Assembly: GCA_963677595.1 (NCBI GenBank) | Contig: OY782041.1 | Coordinates: 2,048,001 to 2,112,000, forward strand | Length of the DNA stretch: 64,000 nucleotides | Direction: 5' to 3' | Origin: Spirochaetia bacterium | GTDB lineage: Bacteria > Spirochaetota > Spirochaetia > CAKZLE01 | In this document: positions 18,933 through 28,841 of the stretch, in pieces | Layout of the letters: each line of letters opens with the position of its first letter | Position numbering within the stretch: the stretch's first letter is position 1 | Notes under the pieces: generated by a model | What the model was told of the DNA's origin: nothing | What the model saw: the letters and a program-made list of their open reading frames with translations, nothing else | The model's database searches: none | Program-made: the position numbers and the translations under genes

Positions 18933-21386
18933 ATGCCTAGAAATCTAGTAGTGGATCCAGTAGCTATACGAAAGAAAGAGACCGTGAAGATCAATTCGAT
19001 CCCGGTGAACCAGTATACCGGCGATATCAAGAAAGAGGTCAAGAAGTACGGGAAAGACGGCCTGAAGCGCGTCTATCTCGACATGCTCCTGATCAGGGAG
19101 TTCGAGAACATGCTCGACCTGATCAAGCGGGAAGGTTCCTACCAGGGGATGGAGTACAACCACCGGGGACCTGCACACCTCTCAGCAGGGCAGGAGTCTG
19201 CTGCAGTCGGCCAGTGCCTCAACCTGCAGCCGGAGGACTTCATCTTCGGTTCACACCGTTCACACGGTGAGATCCTCGCCAAGTGTTTCTCAGCGATCCA
19301 GAAGATCGACGAGACGAACCTGCAGACCATCATGGAAGGGTTCATGGGCGGGGATGTCCTCTCAGTCGTGGACAAGCACTTCAAGGGCAAGGACGTGAAG
19401 GACCTCGCAGAGAACTTCGTTCTCTACGGGGCACTTGCAGAGATCTTCGCACGTAAGACCGGGTTCAGCCGGGGTCTCGGCGGATCGATGCACACCTTCT
19501 TCGCTCCCTTCGGTTCCATGCCTAACAATGCCATAGTCGGGGGGTCAGGCGACATCGCAGTCGGCGCGGCCCTCTATAAGAAGATAAACAGGAAGCCGGG
19601 GATCGTCATCGCGAATATCGGGGATGCAGCGATGGCGTGCGGCCCAGTCTGGGAAGGATTGATGCTTGCGGCAATGGACCAGTACAACACCCTCTGGGGT
19701 GACATGGCTGGTGCTCCACCATACATGCTCAACGTATTCAACAACTTCTACGGGATGGGCGGCCAGACAGTCGGCGAGACTATGGGGTATGGGATACCTG
19801 CAAGAGTCGGTGCTGGTGTGAATCCTGACGGGATGCATGCAGAACGGGTAGACGGGTTCAACCCGCTGGCCGTCGCTGATGCGATCGAGAGGAAACGAGC
19901 CCTCATGCTCGAGGGTAAGGGACCTGTCCTGATGGATACGATCACCTACCGACTCTCAGGTCACTCGCCTTCCGATGCGTCCTCATACAGGACCAAGGAA
20001 GAGATCGACTCCTTCAAGGAGAAGGACGCGATCCTCGGCTACGAGGCGTACCTCAAGGAGAACGGCATCATCACCGATGATGAGATCGCAGCCTACCGGG
20101 AGAACGTCGTGGCGAAGATCTCCAAGACCATGGAGCTCGCCATCAACGATGAGATTTCCACGCGGGTCGACGGCAAGTTCATCGAGTCAGTGATGTTCTC
20201 GAACGGGAACGTAGAAGCCCTCGATGATGCTGAACCGGAACTGCTCACACCGATCGAGGAGAACCCGAGGGTACAGCAGATCGCACGGAAGGTCCGGACC
20301 TCTACCAAGGACGGCAAGCCGGTACCTGCAGCACGGATGTACCAGTACCGTGACGGTATCTTCGAGGCGATGCTCTACCGGTTCGCCAAGGACCCGACCA
20401 TGATTGCCTATGGTGAGGATAACCGTGACTGGGGCGGCGCATTCGCCTGCTACCGCGGACTTACCGAGATCCTCCCGTACCACAGGTTCTTCAATTCACC
20501 GATCTCCGAGGCCTCCATCGTGGGTTCCGGTGTCGGATACGCCATGAGCGGCGGCCGTGCGGTCGTGGAGCTCATGTACTGTGACTTCATGGGAAGGGCA
20601 GGAGACCAGATCTTCAACCAGATGCCTAAGTGGCAGTCGATGAGCGCAGGCGTCCTCAAGATGCCGCTCGTCCTCCGGGTATCTGTTGGTAACAAGTACG
20701 GTGCACAGCACTCACAGGACTGGACCGCACTCGTCGGCCATATCCCGGGGCTCAAGGTCATGTTCCCGGCGACTCCCTACGATGCAAAGGGTATGTTGAA
20801 CCTGGCACTGAGGGGGACCGACCCGGTCGTCTTCTTCGAGAGCCAGAAACTCTACGGTATTGGGGAGGACTTCGAGGCAGACGGCGTACCAGAGGGGTTC
20901 TATGAGGTACCGGAAGGGGAGCCGGCAGTCAAGAAGACCGGGGATGACATCACGATCATCACCATCGGTGCCACCCTCTATTCTGCGATGGAAGCAGCTA
21001 AGGAACTCGAGGAGAAATACGGCATGAGCGCTGAGGTCATCGACCTCCGGTTCATCAACCCGCTCAACTACGGACCACTCGTGGAATCCGTGAAGAAGAC
21101 CGGACGGGTCCTGCTCTCCTCAGACGCAGTCGAGAGAGGCTCATTCCTCCACACCGTCTCCTCCAACCTGGGACGGCTCGCATTCGATTACCTCGATGCA
21201 CCGCCGGTCGTCGTCGGCTCACGGAACTGGATCACACCGCCGGCAGAGATGGAAGACTACTACTTCCCGACGGCAGCATGGATGCTTGACGCGATCCACG
21301 AACAGATCCTCCCGCTTGCAGGCCACACTGTCTCCACGGTCCAGACCGACGGGGAGTTCGTGAAGGTCCAGCGGGAAGGCGTATAA
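18933..21386 (+). CDS. ThDP-dependent dehydrogenase E1, fused alpha+beta subunits
   Basis: Alpha: [23 protein letters not shown]...NN ThDP motif, TYRLSGHS. Beta: YGED, SPISE, ELMYCDF, GAQHSQ, EVIDLR. Confidence 0.9.
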   Translation: MPRNLVVDPVAIRKKETVKINSIPVNQYTGDIKKEVKKYGKDGLKRVYLDMLLIREFENMLDLIKREGSYQGMEYNHRGPAHLSAGQESAAVGQCLNLQPEDFIFGSHRSHGEILAKCFSAIQKIDETNLQTIMEGFMGGDVLSVVDKHFKGKDVKDLAENFVLYGALAEIFARKTGFSRGLGGSMHTFFAPFGSMPNNAIVGGSGDIAVGAALYKKINRKPGIVIANIGDAAMACGPVWEGLMLAAMDQYNTLWGDMAGAPPYMLNVFNNFYGMGGQTVGETMGYGIPARVGAGVNPDGMHAERVDGFNPLAVADAIERKRALMLEGKGPVLMDTITYRLSGHSPSDASSYRTKEEIDSFKEKDAILGYEAYLKENGIITDDEIAAYRENVVAKISKTMELAINDEISTRVDGKFIESVMFSNGNVEALDDAEPELLTPIEENPRVQQIARKVRTSTKDGKPVPAARMYQYRDGIFEAMLYRFAKDPTMIAYGEDNRDWGGAFACYRGLTEILPYHRFFNSPISEASIVGSGVGYAMSGGRAVVELMYCDFMGRAGDQIFNQMPKWQSMSAGVLKMPLVLRVSVGNKYGAQHSQDWTALVGHIPGLKVMFPATPYDAKGMLNLALRGTDPVVFFESQKLYGIGEDFEADGVPEGFYEVPEGEPAVKKTGDDITIITIGATLYSAMEAAKELEEKYGMSAEVIDLRFINPLNYGPLVESVKKTGRVLLSSDAVERGSFLHTVSSNLGRLAFDYLDAPPVVVGSRNWITPPAEMEDYYFPTAAWMLDAIHEQILPLAGHTVSTVQTDGEFVKVQREGV

Positions 21387-21396
21387 GGAAGTACCC

Positions 21397-22740
21397 ATGG
21401 CACACACAGAATACGATGCAGTGATAGAAAGATTGAACGCGCCGCTGCTTGCCGACCGGCTGGCAGCAGCCGAAGAGGTCGGGAAGCTGATCTCTGACGG
21501 GAAGCTTACCCGGACCGTGTCGGAGGAGGTGAACAACCACGTCCACACGACCTACTCCTTCAGCCCCTATGAACCGGCGATGGCCGCATTCAGGGCCTGG
21601 GAGTCAGGACTCCAGATCGTCGGCAGCATCGACCATGACAGCATCAGTGCTGCAGAGGAGATGATGGCTGCCGGCAAGGCGATCGGGATCGCCACCACCG
21701 TCGGGTTCGAAGTACGGTGCAGCTTCCTCGAGACGTCCTTGAAGGACAAGAAGATCAACAACCCGGACTCTGAAGGCATCGTCTATATGTGTGTGCATGG
21801 AGTACCTGCACAGCATATCGAAGAGGTGAAAGAGTTCCTGAAGCCAGTCAACAGGGTGCGAAACATCAGGAACCGTGCAGAGGTCGAGAGGCTCAACAGC
21901 CTGATCGAGGGCAGCGGCCTCGCACCCCTCGATTTCGATGCAGATGTGGCATCTCTCTCGAGGATGTCAGAGAACGGCTCGATCACCGAGCGCCATATCC
22001 TCTCTGCCTTCGCGGGCAGGATCATGGACTCCTGCGGGAAGGGGGAGGCTGTCGTGGCCTTCCTCGAGAATAACCTGAAGCTTACTGTCGCCGGTAAGAT
22101 CAGGGAGGTCCTGCTCGATACGGGGAACCCCCATTACCGGTATGACCTGCTCGGGATCCTCAAGAGCTCCTACCTGCCGCAGTTCTTCATCCAGCCGAGC
22201 GTCGAGGAGACCATCCCGGCCGAGGAGGTCGTCTCCTTCTCGCTGAAGATCGGGGCGATCCCCTCCTATGCATACCTCGGGGACGTGACCGAGAGCCCTA
22301 CCGGGGACAAGAAGGCCGAGAAGTTCGAGGACAGCTTCCTCGATGAGCTCTTCGACCTGCTGAAAGCTATCGGGTACCCTGCGGTAACCTATATGCCGCC
22401 GCGAAACAGCGTCGAGCAGCTCAAGCGAATCCAGGATCTTGCGCACAAGCACGACATGATGGAGATCAGCGGAGTCGATATAAACTCGTCACGGCAGAGC
22501 TTCAACTGTCCTGAACTGCTGATGCCCGAGTTCTCCCACCTGATCGACTCAGCCTGGGCGCTCGTCGCACATGAGAAACTCGCAGGCATAGACGGGAAGT
22601 ACGCGATCTTCAACAGCGAGAACCCCTTCGCGGGGATGGCCCTGTCCGAGCGTATCGCCCTGTATGCCGAGGTGGGGAAGAAGATGGACCCCCATACGCC
22701 GGAAGCGGCTCTGAAGGTCCTTGAGGAGGTAAGGAAATGA
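21397..22740 (+). CDS. PHP-domain metalloprotein of unknown function
   Basis: NNHVHTTYSFS, IDHDS, GFE, TERH, ISGVD. Confidence 0.8.
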   Translation: MAHTEYDAVIERLNAPLLADRLAAAEEVGKLISDGKLTRTVSEEVNNHVHTTYSFSPYEPAMAAFRAWESGLQIVGSIDHDSISAAEEMMAAGKAIGIATTVGFEVRCSFLETSLKDKKINNPDSEGIVYMCVHGVPAQHIEEVKEFLKPVNRVRNIRNRAEVERLNSLIEGSGLAPLDFDADVASLSRMSENGSITERHILSAFAGRIMDSCGKGEAVVAFLENNLKLTVAGKIREVLLDTGNPHYRYDLLGILKSSYLPQFFIQPSVEETIPAEEVVSFSLKIGAIPSYAYLGDVTESPTGDKKAEKFEDSFLDELFDLLKAIGYPAVTYMPPRNSVEQLKRIQDLAHKHDMMEISGVDINSSRQSFNCPELLMPEFSHLIDSAWALVAHEKLAGIDGKYAIFNSENPFAGMALSERIALYAEVGKKMDPHTPEAALKVLEEVRK

Positions 22741-23861
22741 GTAACAGCAGCAACCTGATCCCATACCTGAGGGGTCTGACGTTCGACGGTGAGAAGGGGC
22801 TCTTCATCACGCAGGTGGAGACTGTCTCCTCTGATGATGTCCTGAGACTCTCCTCCGATGAACAGAGTCAGGTAACAGCACAGTTCGAGAACTATGTAAC
22901 AGAGAAAAAGGCATATCCTGCGGCAGTCATCCTGCCGGATGGGACCTGCCATGCCATAGGGGCTACCTTCGATGAGGCGCTCGCAGCTGCCGGCTGCAGC
23001 GCCGAGCCGGGGACTCCCGGCTCGAAGGCACGCGGCGACGTCGTCAGGGGGAAGATAGCCCTTGTCACCGGCGGTGCCCAGGGCTTCGGCGAGGGGATGG
23101 TCCGCGGCCTGATCGCTGAAGGCGCCTTCGTCTATATCGCGGACATGAACTACGCAGGGGCGAAAGACCTTGCAGGGGCGCTGAACACCGAGGCCGGGAA
23201 GACCGTGGCCTGCCCGTTGGAAGTCAACGTGACCGATGAGGATTCCGTTGCCGCGATGATCAGCAGTGTCGCCGACATCACCGGCGGGTTTGACATCTTC
23301 ATCAGCAATGCCGGGGTTCTCCGTGCAGGGAGCGTGAAGGAGATGACCTTGCGGGACTTCAACTTCGTCACCTCTGTCGACTATGTCGGCTTCTTCATCT
23401 GCACCAAGTTCGCTTCCCAGCTGCTTGCCCTGCAGCACCAGGCCGCACCCGGCTATATGACCGACATCATCGCGATCAGCTCCAAGTCGGGACTCGAGGG
23501 GTCGAACAAGAACGGTGCCTATGCCGGTGCCAAGTTCGGGACCATCGGGCTCACCCAGAGCTTCGCGCTCGAGCTGGTGACCGACGGGGTCAAGGTGAAT
23601 GCCATCTGCCCGGGGAACTTCCTCGACGGGCCGCTGTGGTCGGATCCTGACCGGGGTCTGTTCGTGCAGTACCTCAATGCCGGGAAGGTCCCGGGGGCGA
23701 AGACCGTCGCCGATGTGAGACGGTTCTACGAGTCGAAAGTACCACTCGATCGTGGATGCACGACCGAGGATGTCATGAAGGCTGTCTGCTACTGCGTGGA
23801 GCAGAAGTACGAGACAGGACAGGCTGTCCCCGTTACCGGCGGACAGGTCATGCTCAATTAG
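22737..23861 (+). CDS. SDR dehydrogenase, sorbitol-6-phosphate 2-dehydrogenase (SrlD)-like, with a ~100-aa N-terminal extension
   Basis: TGGAQGFG, SSKSG..GSNKNGAYAGAKFG, VNAICPGNFLDGPLW, YESKVPLDRGC. Confidence 0.82.
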   Translation: MSNSSNLIPYLRGLTFDGEKGLFITQVETVSSDDVLRLSSDEQSQVTAQFENYVTEKKAYPAAVILPDGTCHAIGATFDEALAAAGCSAEPGTPGSKARGDVVRGKIALVTGGAQGFGEGMVRGLIAEGAFVYIADMNYAGAKDLAGALNTEAGKTVACPLEVNVTDEDSVAAMISSVADITGGFDIFISNAGVLRAGSVKEMTLRDFNFVTSVDYVGFFICTKFASQLLALQHQAAPGYMTDIIAISSKSGLEGSNKNGAYAGAKFGTIGLTQSFALELVTDGVKVNAICPGNFLDGPLWSDPDRGLFVQYLNAGKVPGAKTVADVRRFYESKVPLDRGCTTEDVMKAVCYCVEQKYETGQAVPVTGGQVMLN

Positions 23862-23873
23862 GAGGAAACTGAT

Positions 23874-25133
23874 ATGAAGACGAAAGCAGTACGATTATAC
23901 GGAGTGAACGATCTCAGGCTCGAGGAGTTCGAGCTTCCTGAGCTGAAAGAGGACGAGATCCTCGCGAAAGTCATCACGAACAGCATCTGTATGTCCAGCC
24001 ACAAGGCTGCGGAGCAGGGGAATGCCCATAAGCGTGTCCCGCAGAACATCGCCGAGGAACCGGTCATCGTGGGCCATGAGTTCTGCGGTGAGCTCGTCGA
24101 GGTCGGCAGCAAGTGGGCCGATAAGTTCTCCGCTGGGGACAAGTTCTCCATTCAGCCGGCCCTCAACTACAAGGGGTCGCTCGATGCGCCCGGCTACTCC
24201 TACCGATGGATCGGCGGGAATGCCACCTACATCATCATCCCCAACGAGGTCATGGAGATGGACTGCCTGCTTCCCTATAACGGGGATGCATACTTCCACG
24301 GTTCCTTGTCAGAGCCGGTCTCCTGTATCGTCGGCACCTACCATGCTATGTACCACACCACGCCCGGCTCCTACGTCCATGAGATGGAGATCGTCGAGGG
24401 CGGGAAGATGGCGATCATCGCCGGTGTAGGCCCCATGGGGCTCGGTGCGATCGACTACGCCATCCATAACGACCGGAAACCGGGACTCCTCGTCGTCACC
24501 GATATCGACCAGGCACGACTCGACCGGGCGGCAGTCCTCTACAGTGTGGAAGAGGCAAAGAAGAACGGGGTGGAGCTCATCTACCTCAATACCCGTGAAG
24601 TCAAGGACCCGAACCAGGCCCTCATCGACCTGACCGACGGCGAAGGCTTCAACGATGTCTTCGTCATGGCTCCGGTAAGCTTCCTCATCGAGCAGGCTGA
24701 CGCGATCCTCTCACGGGATGGATGCCTCAACTTCTTCGCAGGACCGAACACCCAGGACTTCCGTGCATCATTGAACTTCTATGATGTCCACTATGCCGCA
24801 CACCATATCGTCGGCACGAGCGGCGGGAACACCGATGACATGAAGGAGTCACTGGAGATGATGGAGAAGGGCCTGCTGAACCCGGCCTCCATGGTGACCC
24901 ATGTAGGCGGTATCGACAGCGTGGCACAGACGATCATCGACCTGCCGGGTATCCCGGGCGGGAAGAAGCTGATCTATACCCAGATCGACATGCCGCTCAC
25001 GGCCCTCGTGGACTTCGCTGAGCTCGGCAAGGAAGATGAACTCTTCGCTGCACTGGCTGAGATCGTGGAGAAGCATAACGGCCTCTGGTCACTGGAAGCT
25101 GAGCAGTACCTGCTGGCGAAGAAAGGCGCGTAA
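23874..25133 (+). CDS. L-sorbose-1-phosphate reductase (SorE)-like zinc-dependent dehydrogenase
   Basis: MKTKAVRLYG, SICMSSHK, GHEFCG, LSEPVSC, GVGPMG, GTSGGNTDDM, IPGGKKLIY. Confidence 0.85.
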   Translation: MKTKAVRLYGVNDLRLEEFELPELKEDEILAKVITNSICMSSHKAAEQGNAHKRVPQNIAEEPVIVGHEFCGELVEVGSKWADKFSAGDKFSIQPALNYKGSLDAPGYSYRWIGGNATYIIIPNEVMEMDCLLPYNGDAYFHGSLSEPVSCIVGTYHAMYHTTPGSYVHEMEIVEGGKMAIIAGVGPMGLGAIDYAIHNDRKPGLLVVTDIDQARLDRAAVLYSVEEAKKNGVELIYLNTREVKDPNQALIDLTDGEGFNDVFVMAPVSFLIEQADAILSRDGCLNFFAGPNTQDFRASLNFYDVHYAAHHIVGTSGGNTDDMKESLEMMEKGLLNPASMVTHVGGIDSVAQTIIDLPGIPGGKKLIYTQIDMPLTALVDFAELGKEDELFAALAEIVEKHNGLWSLEAEQYLLAKKGA

Positions 25134-25156
25134 GCAGCACACAAAAGGGAGGCAGC

Positions 25157-26572
25157 ATGAAGAAGTACATCGCAGTTGACTTGGGGGCGTCCAACGGTCG
25201 TGTCATCGTAGGCAACCTTGAGTCATTCGAAGTGACGAACAGGTTCATAACGCGGAACGAGGAGCTAGGCGGTCATGTTTACTGGGACATCGTCTATATC
25301 TTCGCCGAGATCAAGAAAGGGATCAAGGAAGCCTTCAGGCGCTACGGGGATGAGATCGTCTCCATCGGCATCGACACCTGGGGTGTCGACTACGGCCTCC
25401 TTGATGAGGCAGGGGAGCTGATTGGGCTTCCCTACCACTACCGGGACAGCAGGACCGACGGCATGCCCGAGGAGGTCTTCTCCCAGATGCCGAAAGAGGA
25501 TATCTACCGGAACACTGGCATCCAGTTCATGCAGCTCAACACGATCTTCCAGCTTGCTGCCTATAAAAAAGAGCATCCCACGCTCCTGGCTGCGGCTGTA
25601 CAGTACCTCTCGATCCCCGACCTGCTCAACTACTGGCTGACCGGGGTCATGAAGAACGAGTTCTCCCATGCCACGACCACGCAGCTCTATAACCCGGCTG
25701 CACGTGACTGGGCCTGGGACGTCATCGACGCCCTCGGCCTGCCGCGGAAGGTCTTCGGTGAGATCGTACCGAGCGGTACGGTCCTCGGGCCCCTGAGCGG
25801 ACCGGTGGCTCGTGAGCTCGGTGCGCCTGCAGGTGTGCAGGTGATCGCATCCGGCTCCCATGACACGGCAGCGGCAGTCGCGGCTGTTCCCGCGGAAGAG
25901 GGCGAGGAGTACCTCTACCTCTCGAGCGGGACCTGGTCCCTGCTCGGGATGGAGAGCGATGAGCCGATCATCACCGAGAAGAGCCTGGAGTACAACTTCA
26001 CCAATGAGGGGGCTGCCAGCGGCAAGATCCGATTCCTGAAGAACATCATGGGGATGTGGATCCAGCAGGAGTGCATCCGCTGGTGGGAACAGCAGGGTGA
26101 GGAGATCTCCTTCAAGTACCTGGATGCGGAGACCCTGAACGAGGCAGATTTCGCAGGCTATATCGACCCGAACGATGATCGTTTCCTCAAGCCGAACTCG
26201 GCTGACTCGCCGATGCCGCAGCGCATCTGTGACTACTGCACCGAACACGGCATGCCCGCCCCGACGAATCACGGCCAGTACATGACCGCGATCTACCGGG
26301 GACTGGCGAAGGTGTATGCCTTCTACATGAAGCAGATCGAGGAGACTTCAGGCAAGAAGTTCGACCACCTCTATATCATCGGGGGAGGCTCCAAGAACGG
26401 GATCCTCAACCAGTGGACCTCGGACGAGATCGATGCAAAGGTATCGGCCGGACCGGTCGAGGCCACTGCCCTGGGGAACATCCTCGTCCAGGCACTTGCC
26501 TGCGGTGACATCGCAGACCGGGCTGAGGGGCGAAGACTCATCCGTGAGAACCAGGAGATCATCTCCTACTAG
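25157..26572 (+). CDS. rhaB: Rhamnulokinase (FGGY family)
   Basis: AVDLGASNGR, GIDTWGVDY, YRDSRT, TGIQFMQLNT, HDTA, SSGTWSL, NFTNEG, GPVEATALGN. Confidence 0.9.
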   Translation: MKKYIAVDLGASNGRVIVGNLESFEVTNRFITRNEELGGHVYWDIVYIFAEIKKGIKEAFRRYGDEIVSIGIDTWGVDYGLLDEAGELIGLPYHYRDSRTDGMPEEVFSQMPKEDIYRNTGIQFMQLNTIFQLAAYKKEHPTLLAAAVQYLSIPDLLNYWLTGVMKNEFSHATTTQLYNPAARDWAWDVIDALGLPRKVFGEIVPSGTVLGPLSGPVARELGAPAGVQVIASGSHDTAAAVAAVPAEEGEEYLYLSSGTWSLLGMESDEPIITEKSLEYNFTNEGAASGKIRFLKNIMGMWIQQECIRWWEQQGEEISFKYLDAETLNEADFAGYIDPNDDRFLKPNSADSPMPQRICDYCTEHGMPAPTNHGQYMTAIYRGLAKVYAFYMKQIEETSGKKFDHLYIIGGGSKNGILNQWTSDEIDAKVSAGPVEATALGNILVQALACGDIADRAEGRRLIRENQEIISY

Positions 26573-27471
26573 ACGCTGTGAGCCTTCCGGTACTCCCGGG
26601 GGCTCATCTGCATGATCCTCCTGAACTGCCTCGAGAAGTAGTTACTGTCCGAGAACCCCACATACTCTGCGATCATCGTCATCGAATGATTGGTGGTGAT
26701 CAGCAGGGTGCAGGCCTTCCTCACCTTGAGCTGAAGCTGGTACTCGACCGGGGAACAGCCGGCCGCTTTCTGAAAAGCACGGTTGAGCGTGCTGTGGGAC
26801 ATGTGGGTGATCTCGGTGAGTTCCTCGATCCTGATAGTCCGCTCGCTGTTGTTCTCTATGAAGGTGAAAGCGGCAGCGAGCCGGTTGATCACCTGGGAGT
26901 CCGGCAGCGTGTTCTTCGAGTATATCCTTGACAACATGACAATGATCTCAATGAAATAGGCGAGTGACAGCGTCCTCGAAGAGTACTCCTCCTCGCGGAA
27001 GGCCAGCTCCTTCTTGAGCAGCTCGATCCGCTCGACGATCTGGGTGAGCTCCCTGGCTGAGAGCTTCAGGCGGCTGCTGAACTCATGGTCCTGCCGGTAC
27101 TTCGGCTCGATGTTGAAGATGGCATGGTAGCCGGGAATCCTGCTCAGGTCGAAGAGCCGCTGGTCGAGGAAGTCCCGGTCGAAGATGATGTTATAGAGAT
27201 TGAGCTCCTCGGTCCTGCTGTACCCGTGGGAGTAGCCGGCCTCGAGCACGAAGACGTCACCGGGGAGGATCGCATACTCGGCATGTTCGGTGAAATGGAT
27301 CCCGCTGCCCCCGGTCACGATGACCAGCTCATAGAAATCGTGGGTATGGAGCGGGTAGGGCTTCTGAGGTGAGCGCTCGAGCAGGTCCAGGTGGAAGTCC
27401 TCATGTGAGAAGATCATCGAGGACCGGAGGAGCGGTGAGTAGGGGGTCTCCCTGGTTGGCAGCCTGTTCAT
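26569..27471 (-). CDS. AraC-family regulator, RhaR/RhaS-like
   Basis: PQKPYPLHTHDFYELVIVTGGSGIH cupin; GFSDSNYFSRQF HTH; divergent from rhaA. Confidence 0.88.
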   Translation of the reverse strand: MNRLPTRETPYSPLLRSSMIFSHEDFHLDLLERSPQKPYPLHTHDFYELVIVTGGSGIHFTEHAEYAILPGDVFVLEAGYSHGYSRTEELNLYNIIFDRDFLDQRLFDLSRIPGYHAIFNIEPKYRQDHEFSSRLKLSARELTQIVERIELLKKELAFREEEYSSRTLSLAYFIEIIVMLSRIYSKNTLPDSQVINRLAAAFTFIENNSERTIRIEELTEITHMSHSTLNRAFQKAAGCSPVEYQLQLKVRKACTLLITTNHSMTMIAEYVGFSDSNYFSRQFRRIMQMSPREYRKAHSV

Positions 27472-27565
27472 GACATAATAGTGCTAAAAAACGATAGGAT
27501 AGTCAAGGCGGATTCCCCCAACCGGTGCTACCATGGGTATAGTTGTAAAAGAATCAGGAGGAATC

Positions 27566-28837
27566 ATGATGACAAGAGAACAGGTAACCGGGGCATATGA
27601 GCTGGCGAAACAGGCCTATGCTGACCTGGGAATAGATACGGAGAAGGCTATCGAGGCCTTGGGGAACATACCGCTGTCACTGCACTGCTGGCAGGGCGAT
27701 GATGTCGGCGGGTTCGAGACCCCGGATGCCGAGCTGGCAGGCGGTGGTATCCAGGTGACGGGGAATTATCCCGGGAAGGCCCGGAGCGTCGGTGAGCTGC
27801 GATCAGATCTTGAGAAGGTCTACTCCATGCTCGCAGGTACACACCGGCTCAACCTCCATGCAAGCTATGGCGAGTTCGATGGTGAGTCTATCGACCGGGA
27901 CCAGATCGAGGAGAAGCACTTCTCAGGCTGGGTAGACTGGGCGAAGAAGCTCGGGATCGGCGTTGATTTCAATGCGACCTGCTTTTCACACCCGAAGGCA
28001 GCTGATGGGTTCACCCTTTCGAGCAAGGACCCGGAGATCAGGGCATTCTGGATCGAGCACGTGAAGCGGGCCAGGAGGATCTCGGCCTACTTCGGGAAGG
28101 AACTCGGCACTCCCTGTGTCCATAACACCTGGATTCCCGACGGGGGCAAGGACCTCACCGTCGACAAGACCGGGTACCGGAAGATCCTGATGGAGTCACT
28201 CGACGAGATCTTCGCAGATGAACTCCCGAAGGAGCACATGCGGGATGCGGTCGAGACCAAGCTCTTCGGTATCGGGAGCGAGTCCTTCGTCGTCGGTTCC
28301 CATGAGTTCTACATGAACTATGCGAACACCAGGGGAAAGATGGTCTGTCTCGACCTTGGACACTTCCACCCCACCGAGCAGATCTCGGACAAGATCTCAT
28401 CGATGATGCTCTTCCATGACGAACTGCTCCTCCACGTGAGCCGCCCGATGCGATGGGACAGCGATCACGTGGTGATTCTCAATGACGACATCCTCTTCCT
28501 GACCCAGGAACTCGTCCGGTCAGGGAAGATCGATAACATCCACATCGGCCTCGACTTCTTCGATGCCTCCATCAACAGGATCGGGGCATGGGTCACCGGT
28601 GCGAGAGCTACCCAGAAGGGCCTGCTCCTCGCGCTGCTCGAGCCGACCGGGACCCTCATCGGTTACGAGGAAGCCGGAAACAACTACGCACGGATGGGGC
28701 TGCTCGAGCAGCTGAAATCCATGCCGTTCGGGGCTGTCTGGGATGAGGCCTGTGCACGTGCAGGGGTCCCCCTGGAGAGTGAGATCATCGGAGAAGTCCT
28801 CGCCTACGAGCAGGATGTCCTGTCAGAGAGGGCATAA
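27566..28837 (+). CDS. rhaA: L-rhamnose isomerase
   Basis: SLHCWQGDDVGGFE, TGNYPGKAR, LNLHASY, KLFGIGSESFVVGSHEFY, LDLGHFHPTE, HVSRPMRWDSDHV. Confidence 0.96.
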   Translation: MMTREQVTGAYELAKQAYADLGIDTEKAIEALGNIPLSLHCWQGDDVGGFETPDAELAGGGIQVTGNYPGKARSVGELRSDLEKVYSMLAGTHRLNLHASYGEFDGESIDRDQIEEKHFSGWVDWAKKLGIGVDFNATCFSHPKAADGFTLSSKDPEIRAFWIEHVKRARRISAYFGKELGTPCVHNTWIPDGGKDLTVDKTGYRKILMESLDEIFADELPKEHMRDAVETKLFGIGSESFVVGSHEFYMNYANTRGKMVCLDLGHFHPTEQISDKISSMMLFHDELLLHVSRPMRWDSDHVVILNDDILFLTQELVRSGKIDNIHIGLDFFDASINRIGAWVTGARATQKGLLLALLEPTGTLIGYEEAGNNYARMGLLEQLKSMPFGAVWDEACARAGVPLESEIIGEVLAYEQDVLSERA

Positions 28838-28841
28838 CCCT

